From: an uncultured delta proteobacterium
Lineage (GTDB): Bacteria; Myxococcota_A; UBA9160; UBA4427
Assembly: GCA_963822965.1 (NCBI GenBank)
Contig: CAWGJT010000001.1
Location: 1-64,000, forward strand
Direction: 5' to 3'
Length of the DNA stretch: 64,000 nt
Made by a program: the position numbers and the translations under genes. Below the pieces are notes generated by a model. The model was not told the origin of the DNA. It was given only the letters and a program-made list of their open reading frames with translations, and made no database searches. Positions 1-19,893 of this stretch are shown here, piece by piece. Position 1 is the stretch's first letter. Every line of letters starts with the position of its first letter.

Positions 1-583
1 GCCCCCACCCGAGCGCCCGGGCCAGCAGCGAGACCCCGTACGTGTACGAGAAGAGCACCGGGAGGACGAGGGCCGGGATCCAGCGACGCCGCGTGCCGCG
101 GCCCAGCGCGTCGTCGAAGATCCGGTCGGGAAGGGAGAAGACGGCCAGGGTGAGGAAGACGTCCAGCGAGTACTGCTTCACCATCGCGCCGTAGACGAGC
201 CACGTGGAGGTCGTCGCCGTGAGGATCACGCCCAGCAGCACGAGCAGCGGCCGATCGCGGAAGCGCACCGTGAAGAGGCGCATCCACAGGGCCGTCGCCG
301 CGAGGAAGAAGAGAAAGGGGAGCAGCCGGGTCGCCCAGGTGGACGGTCCCAGCAGCGCGCGGACGCCGCGGATCAGCGCGAGATAGAAGCGGGGAAAGTC
401 CTGCCCGCCCCCGGCCAGCGGGCCGGTGAAGGTCTCGAGGAGGCCGCGCTCCGTGAAGCTCAGGACGACGGAGGCCTCGTCGAGGAAGTAGGAGCCGTCG
501 CGCAGAAGCAGCGCGGTCCCCACCGAGGCGATCGCGAGGAAGCCCAGCGCGGCGATCCACCGGGAGACGGTCTCGCGTCCCAT
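1..583 (-). CDS. GT-C fold (ArnT/PMT-like) polytopic membrane glycosyltransferase, partial (runs off window start)
   Basis: Manual translation from ATG 583: MGRETVSRWIAALGFLAIASVGTALLLRDGSYFLDEASVV...QDFPRFYLALIR...PSTWATRLLPFLF...MVKQYSLDVF. DE motif after first TM helix, many hydrophobic segments, no stop to the window edge. Not in the ORF track. Confidence 0.65.
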   Translation of the reverse strand, partial: MGRETVSRWIAALGFLAIASVGTALLLRDGSYFLDEASVVLSFTERGLLETFTGPLAGGGQDFPRFYLALIRGVRALLGPSTWATRLLPFLFFLAATALWMRLFTVRFRDRPLLVLLGVILTATTSTWLVYGAMVKQYSLDVFLTLAVFSLPDRIFDDALGRGTRRRWIPALVLPVLFSYTYGVSLLARALGWG

Positions 584-631
584 CACGCGCTCAGCATACC
601 CGCCGCCGAACGTCCGCGGCGCCCGAAATCC

Positions 632-689
632 GCCGAGCCCAGCCCCCCGAGCCCAGCAGCCCCGAGCCCAGCAGCCCTGAGCCCAGCAA
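632..689. repeat. 15-bp tandem repeat (cccgagcccagcagc), about 4 copies
   Basis: Exact units at 646-660 and 661-675, variant units at 632-645 and 676-689. Confidence 0.85.
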
Positions 690-714
690 GTCGCCGCCCT
701 TGGCGGCGACTTGC
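686..714 (-). terminator. Second hairpin downstream of 5S rRNA (putative rrn T2)
   Basis: Perfect 13-bp stem gcaagtcgccgcc-ctt-ggcggcgacttgc; no clear U-tract on the minus strand. Confidence 0.5.
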
Positions 715-735
715 GAAAACAGAGCCTTCAGCGCA

Positions 736-768
736 GAAAGCCCGCCAGGCAAAGCCTGGCGGGCTTTC
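736..768 (-). terminator. rRNA operon terminator hairpin (T1)
   Basis: Perfect 15-bp inverted repeat gaaagcccgccaggc-aaa-gcctggcgggctttc immediately 3' of 5S. Confidence 0.7.
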
Positions 769-777
769 GAAAAAAAA

Positions 778-894
<117 letters not shown>

Positions 895-1038
895 AAATCG
901 GATCGGTCGCAGGGCGACCGATGGTTTCTCAAGGCCGACGGCCTCGATAATCGAAGAACTTTCTGTGTCCAGGAGCGATCACGGACGCAACTTCTGCCGA
1001 CCTGTCTTCGCTGCTCTCGCACATGCGAGAAGAAGATA

Positions 1039-4017
<2,979 letters not shown>

Positions 4018-4299
4018 AATAAATCTTCTTGCACGGGCGGATGCACCTGCCTTCCCGCTTCTCTTGCGAGTCGCGGTCGAGCGGGCACGTCCGCCGCCAA
4101 CACATGTCGACAGACATTGCGTCCAGACGCGCTGGACACAGAAAGATATTCGATTATCAAAGACCGCCGGTTGGTACCGGCTGCCAGCCTGTTCCGGGCT
4201 GGCCACCCTCGAGGGGCGTATGCCTGATCTCGCTCGGAACGGCCGCGCTGCCGCCCCGGCGCACGCGCGCGGAGACTGCGCATGGCTCCGAAGACGAAT

Positions 4300-4375
4300 T
4301 GGTGGAGCTGATCGGGATCGAACCGACGACCTCAGGCTTGCAAAGCCCGCGCTCTCCCAGCTGAGCTACAGCCCC
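4300..4375 (-). tRNA. tRNA-Ala(TGC)
   Basis: GGGGCTGTAGCTCAGCTGGGAGAGCGCGGGCTTTGCAAGCCTGAGGTCGTCGGTTCGATCCCGATCAGCTCCACCA; cloverleaf with encoded CCA. Confidence 0.98.
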
Positions 4376-4498
4376 GTGATCGTAGGGGATCCCCGGGCTG
4401 GGCTCGCTCGCCTCCTGCTCGACCGTTCCGAGACCCCGGAGACTCTCCAGGGGTAACTTTTCCGCGCGCCCCTTCTGCGAAGGGGTCGCGCGGCGAAA

Positions 4499-4575
4499 TG
4501 GTGGGCCTGGGAGGATTTGAACCTCCGACCTCCCGCTTATCAGGCGGACGCTCTAACCAACTGAGCTACAGGCCC
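4499..4575 (-). tRNA. tRNA-Ile(GAT)
   Basis: GGGCCTGTAGCTCAGTTGGTTAGAGCGTCCGCCTGATAAGCGGGAGGTCGGAGGTTCAAATCCTCCCAGGCCCACCA. Confidence 0.98.
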
Positions 4576-4804
4576 TGAGCACCACGGGAAGGTTCCCGGT
4601 CTCCAAAAACTGAATAGCGTGCGGCACGTAGGAACAGATGGTCCGACGACTCCCCGATTGAACGAGTTACCGGGAGAACCCGGGATTCGAGCCATCGTCG
4701 AGCCTTGCGGCCTTCCTTTTGGGAAGAGCGCAGGCTCCAGATCATCTTTGACTAGGTATGCCAGGAACGTCCAAGCGAGCCGAAGCTCCCTAGACAGCCC
4801 TGAG

Positions 4805-6371
<1,567 letters not shown>

Positions 6372-6551
6372 AACCCAGCTTGAAGACGAGATCCGAAGAC
6401 CCCGGCTTCACGCTTTGACGTATTGCGGCGCTGCACGCGTCCGACCCAGTCGAGAGCCGAAGCCCTCCGCAGGGTCGCCACACGCACAGCAACGCCTAAA
6501 GGAATTTCTCGAGTTCCTACGTCCGACCGCGCTTCCTCATGCGCAGTCGAA

Positions 6552-6577
6552 CCACACGCTATTCAGTTTTCAAAGAT
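6552..6577 (-). promoter_or_regulatory. boxA-like element and 16S processing stalk in the rrn leader
   Basis: Minus strand GATCTTTGAAAACTGAATAGCGTGTGG pairs with CCGCACGCTATTCAGTTTT in the ITS (about 4606-4624). An equivalent pair flanks the 23S (4132-4158 with 946-972). Confidence 0.8.
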
Positions 6578-6819
6578 CGGACGAAGCCTGCTGGAGTCTG
6601 TTTCGAACTCTTGAGGCGACTACCGTCTGTTTCTTCTTCTTCCGCGCGTCGAAGACCGAAGGTCCCGTCCAATCGAACCGGGCGAGACCTGATTTTACTA
6701 CCTGCGGCAGCTCGATCCGAAGATGCGCGTTGAATCCCGCTACGACTTTCTACGACCCACGACTCTCTGTCTCTCGGCGCCGTCGACCGGCCCAGGGGCC
6801 TGTCCTTAGCGGGCGCCGG

Positions 6820-6848
6820 AACGTACGAGAAGCCTGCGCTTCGGTCAA
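6820..6848 (-). promoter_or_regulatory. sigma70-type rRNA promoter
   Basis: TTGACC-N17-TACGTT followed by a GC-rich discriminator (ccggcgc), about 450 nt upstream of 16S. Confidence 0.7.
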
Positions 6849-6928
6849 CCCCTCCGCCACCCCCAAAGCCGCCTCAGCCGCGCCTTGTTGCCCCCGGGGA
6901 AATCCGGGCCGCCGGATCCGGCCTCTCG

Positions 6929-8173
6929 TCAGCCCAGTGTGACGCGGGCGAAACGCCGCTTCCCGCACCGGACGAGATAGCTGCCGGCCGGGAGCTCCAC
7001 GGTCGGGTCCGCCACGCGCTCTCCGTCCACCGACACCGCCCCCTGCCTGGCCAGCCGCCGCGCCTCGCCGCGGCTGCCGACGAGTTCCAGGCGCTCGAGC
7101 ACGTCCAGCAGGGAGAGCCCGGCCCGCCCCGCGAGCTCCAGGCGGTGCTCCGGGACGTCCTCCGGCAGCTGCCTGGCCTGCACCACGCGCTCGAAGTGCG
7201 CGACGGCGTCGGCTCCCGCCGGCTCTCCGTGATAGCGGCCCACCAGCCGACGAGCGACCTCCTTCTTGAGCCCCATGGGATCGCCGTCCCCGCGCTTGAT
7301 CGCGTCGCGCGCGGGCTGGAGATCCGTCCACTCGCCCGCCCCCAGGTACTCGACGTAGTCCATGAGCGACACGTCCGAGATGCTCATCACCTTCCCGAAG
7401 ATCTCGTTGGGCTCCTCGGTGATGCCGATGTAGTTGCCGAGGCTCTTGGACATCTTCTCGTGTCCGTCGGTGCCGACCAGCAGTGGATGCGTGATGACCG
7501 CCTGGGAAGGCTGCCCATACGCGCGCTGCACCTCTCGCGCCATCAGCATGTTGAAGGTCTGATCCGTTCCGCCGAGCTCCACGTCGGCCTCCAGCGCGAC
7601 CGAGTCGTACGCCTGCACGAAGGGGTAGAGGAACTCGTGGGCGAAGATGGGAACCCCTTCCGCGTAGCGCTTCGCGAAGTCGTCCCGCTCCAGCAGACGC
7701 GCCACGGTGTAATGAGCGCAGAGACGGACGAAGTCCGCCGGCCGGAATGCGTTCATCCACTCGCCGTTGAACCGCACCTCGGCTCGCTCGACGTCCAGGA
7801 TGCGCGCCACCTGCGACACGTAGGTGCGCGCGTTCTCCTCGATCTGCTCGGGTGCCAGCGGCGGACGGGTCTTGCTGCGACCCGAGGGATCTCCGATGGC
7901 CGCGGTGAAGTCACCCACGAGGAAGATCGGAACGTGCCCCAGGTCCTGGAAGATCTTGAGCTTGTGCAGCACCACGGTGTGCCCGATGTGCAGGTCGGGC
8001 GCCGAGGGATCCATGCCGAGCTTCACCCGCAGCGGGCGATTCGCGCGCAGGGCTTCGCCAAGCCGCTCGCGCAGCTCGTCCCGGCCGTAGAACTCGACGG
8101 CGCCCCGGTCGAATTCCGCGAGCTGGCGATCGACCTCCGCGGCGAGGGCGGGATCCAGCGGCTCGGCGCTCAT
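6929..8173 (-). CDS. tyrS: Tyrosine--tRNA ligase
   Basis: HIGH (DLHIGH) and KMSKS motifs, GGTDQ, C-terminal S4 domain; intact 414 aa. Confidence 0.97.
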   Translation of the reverse strand: MSAEPLDPALAAEVDRQLAEFDRGAVEFYGRDELRERLGEALRANRPLRVKLGMDPSAPDLHIGHTVVLHKLKIFQDLGHVPIFLVGDFTAAIGDPSGRSKTRPPLAPEQIEENARTYVSQVARILDVERAEVRFNGEWMNAFRPADFVRLCAHYTVARLLERDDFAKRYAEGVPIFAHEFLYPFVQAYDSVALEADVELGGTDQTFNMLMAREVQRAYGQPSQAVITHPLLVGTDGHEKMSKSLGNYIGITEEPNEIFGKVMSISDVSLMDYVEYLGAGEWTDLQPARDAIKRGDGDPMGLKKEVARRLVGRYHGEPAGADAVAHFERVVQARQLPEDVPEHRLELAGRAGLSLLDVLERLELVGSRGEARRLARQGAVSVDGERVADPTVELPAGSYLVRCGKRRFARVTLG

Positions 8174-8951
8174 CGCGAGCCCGGCTCCCGCCGGGCGGCG
8201 GTCGGCCCCGGCTCGACGCGAGCGATCTCGCGCTCGGTCACCACTGCGTCCATCGACTCGTCGTGCGATTCCACGGGTACCTCTTCCAGGAGCTGACTCG
8301 AAACGGCCAGCCCGACGACGAAGGGTCCGGCCCCTTCGCCCCGGGGCTCGCCTCGCGCCGCCCGCAGGGCCCGGTCGTAGAAGCCCTGGCCGCGACCGAG
8401 CCGCCCTCCCCGGCGGTCGAAGGCGACCCCGGGAACCACCACCACCGCCGACCGCGCCAGCGAGACGCGCTTCGCACCTTCCGGCGGCTCGGGCACACCG
8501 TAGCGTCCGGGGTGCAGGTCTTCCCAGTGGAGGACCTCGCAGAACTCGAGCGCACCCCCGCCCGCCGCGCGCGGCAGCTCGTCCGTCATACGCGGCACTC
8601 GTCCGTCATACGCGGCAGCTCGTCCGTCATACGCGGCAGAAGACAGCGCTTGCCGGCGGCACGGGCGCGATCGAAGACCGGACGGGCCGAGATCTCATCG
8701 CCGAGCGCGGCGTAGACCGCGATGGTCTCGCCCCGGACGAACTCGGGCAGGGAAGCGACGCGTGCAGCGGCAGCCCGTGCGGCATCCGGATCCGGCGGCC
8801 GCTCCCGGCGGAGGCGACCGATCGCCTTCCGCAGGCGGCGCTTCTGGACCGCGATCTCTTCCACCGTCTCTCCGGCTTCGGGACCCGAGAACCGGCGAGG
8901 AGCACGCGCCGCGGTCTCTCCGGGCGACCGGCCCCGCACGGCCGTCGGCAT
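8170..8951 (-). CDS. ygfA: 5-formyltetrahydrofolate cyclo-ligase, frameshifted inside a tandem repeat
   Basis: N-part KRRLRKAI...[12 protein letters not shown] (8586-8951) and C-part [25 protein letters not shown]...[16 protein letters not shown] (8170-8598). True start may be GTG 8864. Confidence 0.9.
8570..8639. repeat. 21-bp coding tandem repeat (cgcggcagctcgtccgtcata), about 3.4 copies, encoding LPRMTDE
   Basis: Units 8570-8590, 8591-8610 (20 bp, one G missing), 8611-8631, partial 8632-8639. Confidence 0.92.
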
Positions 8952-9298
8952 CAGCCCGGGAGCGGGCCGCGCAGGGCGTCCTCGGCGAGCTCGACGATCT
9001 CACGCAGCCGCCGGGTCTCGCCGGCGCCGCCGGCCACGTCCTTCAGGAGCGTCAGCTCACGCGCCAGATTGAGCGCCGTCAGGACGGCCAGGTCGAGGGA
9101 GTCGACGGTCTCGGTCCGGTCGCGCACCCGGGCCATCGCTTCGTCCACGCGCAGGGCCACCCGCTGCAGCAGCTCCTCGTCGTCCTCGGTGAGGACGCGG
9201 TATTCCTTGCCGCCGATCCGCACCGCGACCGGGCGCCGGCGACGACGCGCCCCCGAGGCGGGTGTCGCCGAGTCGCTCCGCTGCAGCCCGGGCGCCAT
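8951..9298 (-). CDS. zapA: Cell division protein ZapA
   Basis: VAVRIGGKEYRVLTEDDEELLQRVALRVDEAM...DLAVLTALNLAREL. Confidence 0.9.
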   Translation of the reverse strand: MAPGLQRSDSATPASGARRRRRPVAVRIGGKEYRVLTEDDEELLQRVALRVDEAMARVRDRTETVDSLDLAVLTALNLARELTLLKDVAGGAGETRRLREIVELAEDALRGPLPG

Positions 9299-9301
9299 GC
9301 G

Positions 9302-9634
9302 TCAGCCGCGCTTCGCGGCCGCGCCGCCCAGGCGCGGGTCGAGCTTCTCGAGGAGCCGGACGAGGTCTTCAATGCGCTTGATGGCGTCCTGGCGGCGTTC
9401 GCTCTCACCGAGCAGGCGTTCCTCGAGGCCCTCGAGCGCGGCGCGCCCGGCCTCCACGGCATGCTCGGACTCGTCGAGGGATTCCCGCAGCCGCGCGTTC
9501 TCGAGCTGCAGGGAGGCCTGCTGATCGATCAGCGCCCGCACCGCGCGCTCGAGTCGATCGAGCTCCGCGACCCGCGAGCCGCCGGGTACCGGGCTGCGAT
9601 CGGAGGCCTGCTCGTGCGCGTTGGCGACCGCCAT
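9302..9634 (-). CDS. ZapB-like coiled-coil protein
   Basis: ELDRLERAVRALIDQQASLQLENARLRESL...ERRQDAIKRIEDLVRLLEKL; heptad pattern, directly upstream of zapA; start taken at ATG 9634. Confidence 0.7.
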   Translation of the reverse strand: MAVANAHEQASDRSPVPGGSRVAELDRLERAVRALIDQQASLQLENARLRESLDESEHAVEAGRAALEGLEERLLGESERRQDAIKRIEDLVRLLEKLDPRLGGAAAKRG

Positions 9635-9784
9635 GCCGCTAAAGCTAACACGGCCGCTCGCGGTGCGCGGCACGAAAGCGGGCGCTCCTCGCCTGAACTG
9701 CTGTTCGATTGTGAACGAGCAAGCCCCGCGCGGCGCGACACGGCGCACGCGCGTGACGGCACGTTCCCGCCGGCGCGAGCCGCC

Positions 9785-11250
9785 TCAGGCCAGCACGGAG
9801 CTCTTCGTCTGCAGCCGCGTCGCGCCCACGAGGTACCGATCCACCGCCCGCGCCGCTTCGCGCCCCTCGGAGATCGCCCACACCACCAGGGACTGCCCCC
9901 GCCGGCAGTCGCCGGCGGCGAACACACCCGGCTCGCTGGTCGCATACCCACGGGTATCGGCTCGAACGTTCCCGCGAGGATCCTTGTCGACGCCCAGCTC
10001 GTCCACGAGACCGGTGTGTACGGGATGCACGAAGCCCATGGCGAGCAGCACCAGGTCGGCGGGCTTCACCACCGTGGAGCCCGGAACCTCCTCGAGCTTC
10101 GCTCGGCCGCTCGCGTCGGGCGGGCCGAAGCGCACCTGAACCGCTTCGAGCTGCTTCACCCGGCCGCTCTCGCCGAGGAAGCGCTTCGTCAGCAGCGCGT
10201 ACTCGCGCGTGCCGCCCTCGTCGTGCGAGCTGGAGGAGCGAAACATGAGGGGCCATTGGGGCCAGGGTGTCGAGGGATCGCGGCGATCGGGCGGGCGCTC
10301 CAGCAGCTCGATCGACGTGACGCTGGCAGCGCCCTGCCGGTGGGAGGTACCGACGCAGTCCGAGCCGGTATCGCCGCCCCCGAGGACCACGACGTGCTTG
10401 TCGGTGGCCAGGATCTCGTCCGCCGGATCCAGGGTGTCACCGGCCACCCGGCGGTTCTGCTGCGGCAGGAAGTCCATCGCGAAGTGGATGCCGGCCAGAT
10501 CCCGGCCCTCGATCGGAAGGTCCCGGGGCTGCTCGGAGCCCAGGCAGAGGAGCACCGCGTCGAAGCTCTGGCGCAGCTCCGCGGCCGACAGATCCACCCC
10601 CACGTGCACGCCCGTCTGGAACTGCACGCCCTCTTCCCGCATCTGCTCCATGCGGCGGTCGACCAGCCACTTCTCGAGCTTGAAGTCGGGGATGCCGTAT
10701 CGCAGCAGCCCGCCGATCCGGTCGTTCTTCTCGAACAGGGTGACGGTGTGGCCCGCGCGGCTCAGCTGCTGGGCGGCCGCCATGCCCGCGGGGCCCGAGC
10801 CGACCACCGCGACGCTGCGCCCGCTCCGGCGCTTCGGGGCGCACGGGACGCACCCAACCCTCGTCGAAGCCGCGCCGGATGATCTCCCACTCGACCGCCT
10901 TGATGGTCACGGGATCCTGGTTGATCCCCAGCACGCAGGCGGCTTCGCAGGGTGCGGGACAGACGAGACCCGGTGAACTCCGGGAAGTTGTTGGTCGAGT
11001 GCAGACGCAGGAGCGCGTCTTCCCACTTGTCCCGGTACGCCAGGTCGTTCCAGTCGGGGATGATGTTCCCCAACGGGCAGCCGTTGTTGCAGAACGGGAT
11101 GCCGCAATCCATGCAGCGCGCGGCCTGGACCTTCAGGTCGTCCACCGGCATGTCGGTCTGGGCGAGCGCGTAGTCCTTCACGCGCTCCTCGACCGGACGG
11201 TAGGGAGTGCCCTTGCGCGGGTACTCCAGGAATCCCGTCGGCTTTGCCAT
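9785..11250 (-). CDS. gltD: Glutamate synthase small (beta) subunit, frameshifted at about 10840-10970
   Basis: [10 protein letters not shown]...[55 protein letters not shown]. Confidence 0.95.
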
Positions 11251-11316
11251 GGTGGGGCTTCCTCCTCGCTGCCTTGCTGCCTTGCCGCCACGTCGCGGCC
11301 AGGAAGGAATCGTGCG

Positions 11317-15918
<4,602 letters not shown>

Positions 15919-15961
15919 GAAGCATCCATGCCAGCTAGCAGGCTCTCGAGAGCCGGGGCGG

Positions 15962-16005
15962 GCGTCCGCCGCATGACCTCCGCCGCTGGGTTCAGCGGTC
16001 GAACG
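15962..16005 (-). ncRNA. Candidate glutamine-riboswitch-like structured leader of gltB
   Basis: CGTTCG-A-CCGCTG-AACC-CAGCGG-CGGA-GGTCATGCGG-CGGACG-C, lying between a consensus promoter and the gltB start. See findings. Confidence 0.4.
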
Positions 16006-16082
16006 GCCTGCGGCCCACGGGGGCCCGGGTCACTTGCCCCGGAATTCCGGCGACTTGCGGAAGCCCTGAAATCGGAGTTCCG

Positions 16083-16111
16083 AACCTACGGGAGCGGCTT
16101 TTCACTGTCAA
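16083..16111 (-). promoter_or_regulatory. sigma70-type promoter for gltBD
   Basis: TTGACA-N17-TAGGTT, implying a leader of about 160 nt. Confidence 0.75.
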
Positions 16112-16216
16112 GCAGACTGCGACCAACGGCTGCATGGGCGCAACCTACCGGTCTCGAAGGAGAAAGCCCCCGGCCGGGAGTCCCCTGCGCCGACGGCGGC
16201 CCGCCGTCCGGCGGCG

Positions 16217-18428
<2,212 letters not shown>

Positions 18429-18485
18429 GCTGCCTCCTCTTCCTCGTCGAGCCTGGTCGAGCCGGGGACGGGCGCGTGCGGCCCG

Positions 18486-19770
18486 TCAGTCCGGGTCTGC
18501 CTGGAACAGTGCGTCGACGAACTCCTCGGCGTCGAAGTCGCGCAGGTCTTCGACGGTCTCGCCCACGCCCACGTAGCGCACCGGAATGCCGAACTCGTCG
18601 GCGAGGCCCACGATCACGCCTCCCTTGGCGGTGCCGTCCAGCTTCGTGAGCACCAGGTCGGTCACCTTCGTCACCTCGGCGAACAGACGCGCCTGGGAGA
18701 TCGCGTTCTGGCCCGTGTTCGAGTCGAGCACCAGCAGGGTCTCGTGGGGCGCGCCGGGAATCTCGCGCCCCAGCACCCGGGAGAGCTTGGCCAGCTCCTC
18801 CATCAGCGGCTTCTTCGTCTGGAGCCGGCCGGCCGTGTCGATGATGGCGATGTCGGCGCCGCGAGCGCGCGCGGCCTTCACCGTGTCGAAGGCCACCGAC
18901 GTCGGGATCGCCCCCGGGCTGACCCGCCACCACGTCGCATCCCACGCGCTCGCCCCACACCTCAGCTGCTCGATGGCGGCGGCACGGAAGGTGTCGCCGG
19001 CGCCCAGGACCACCTGCTTGCCTTCACGCGCGTAGCGCGCGGCGAGCTTGCCGATGGTGGTGGTCTTCCCCGAGCCGTTGACGCCGAGCACCAGGATCAC
19101 GAACGGGCCCTCGACGTCCGTGTGCAGCGGCGCCGGCTGCACCGCGACGAGTCGCTCCAGGATGGCCTCGCGCAGCACCTCGCGGACCTTGCCCGCGTCG
19201 TCGCCGGACGCACGCGTGCGCACCGTCTCGAGCAGGCTCTCGGCCGTGCGCACGCCGAGGTCGGCGGTGAAGAGCAAGGCCTCGAGCTGCGCGAGCAGGT
19301 CGGCGTCGACCTTGCCGGCGCCGAGCAGGCCGCCGAGCCGGCCGACGAAGCTCTCGCTCGTACGAGCGAGACGCTCGCGCAGGGACACCCGGGGGCGGGC
19401 CGGGGCAGAGACAGGGGCAGAGACAGGGGGCGGCGCAGAGACCGGAGCGGAAGGGACCGGCTCGGGAGTCGGCTCGACGAGCGGTGCGGGCTCGGGCCGG
19501 GCGGTGGGCTCCGGAGCCGGCATTGCCGCCGGAGCGACGGGCTGCGGCTCGGGCGCCTCGGCGGCTTCCGGCAGCTCGGCGGCTCTCCAGTGCCTCGGCG
19601 ATCTCCGGTGCCTCGGCGATCTCCGGTGCCTCGGCGATCTCGTGGCGGACGGGATAGGGGCTCGAGCGACCCCGCAGCGCCTGCACGCAGACGAACAGTA
19701 CGGGCACCGCCACGGCGCCGAGGATGGTGACGACGGGATGCTGGATCGCCCAGACGAGTACGGCTTCCAT
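18486..19770 (-). CDS. ftsY: Signal recognition particle receptor FtsY with N-terminal hydrophobic anchor, frameshifted
   Basis: [44 protein letters not shown]-terminus [29 protein letters not shown] is in another frame. Confidence 0.93.
19585..19641. repeat. 18-bp coding tandem repeat, 3 copies (EIAEAP), in the FtsY linker
   Basis: ctccggtgcctcggcgat at 19603-19620 and 19621-19638, variant at 19585-19602. Confidence 0.9.
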
Positions 19771-19893
19771 GGGGCGGCGAAGCATACCAGCCCGGGCGCC
19801 GGGAGGCGCCCGCCGTCCCCACCTGCTCGCGCCCGGGCCGGCGAGCCGGGCGCGGTCCCGACGCCGGGAGCGCCCGGCTCGGCGAGAACGAGA

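Noticed and set aside
6692..6721. Second rRNA promoter (TAAAAT)
   Set aside because: Good -10 but only a weak -35 (TTCGGA at 18 nt); not supportable without start-site data.
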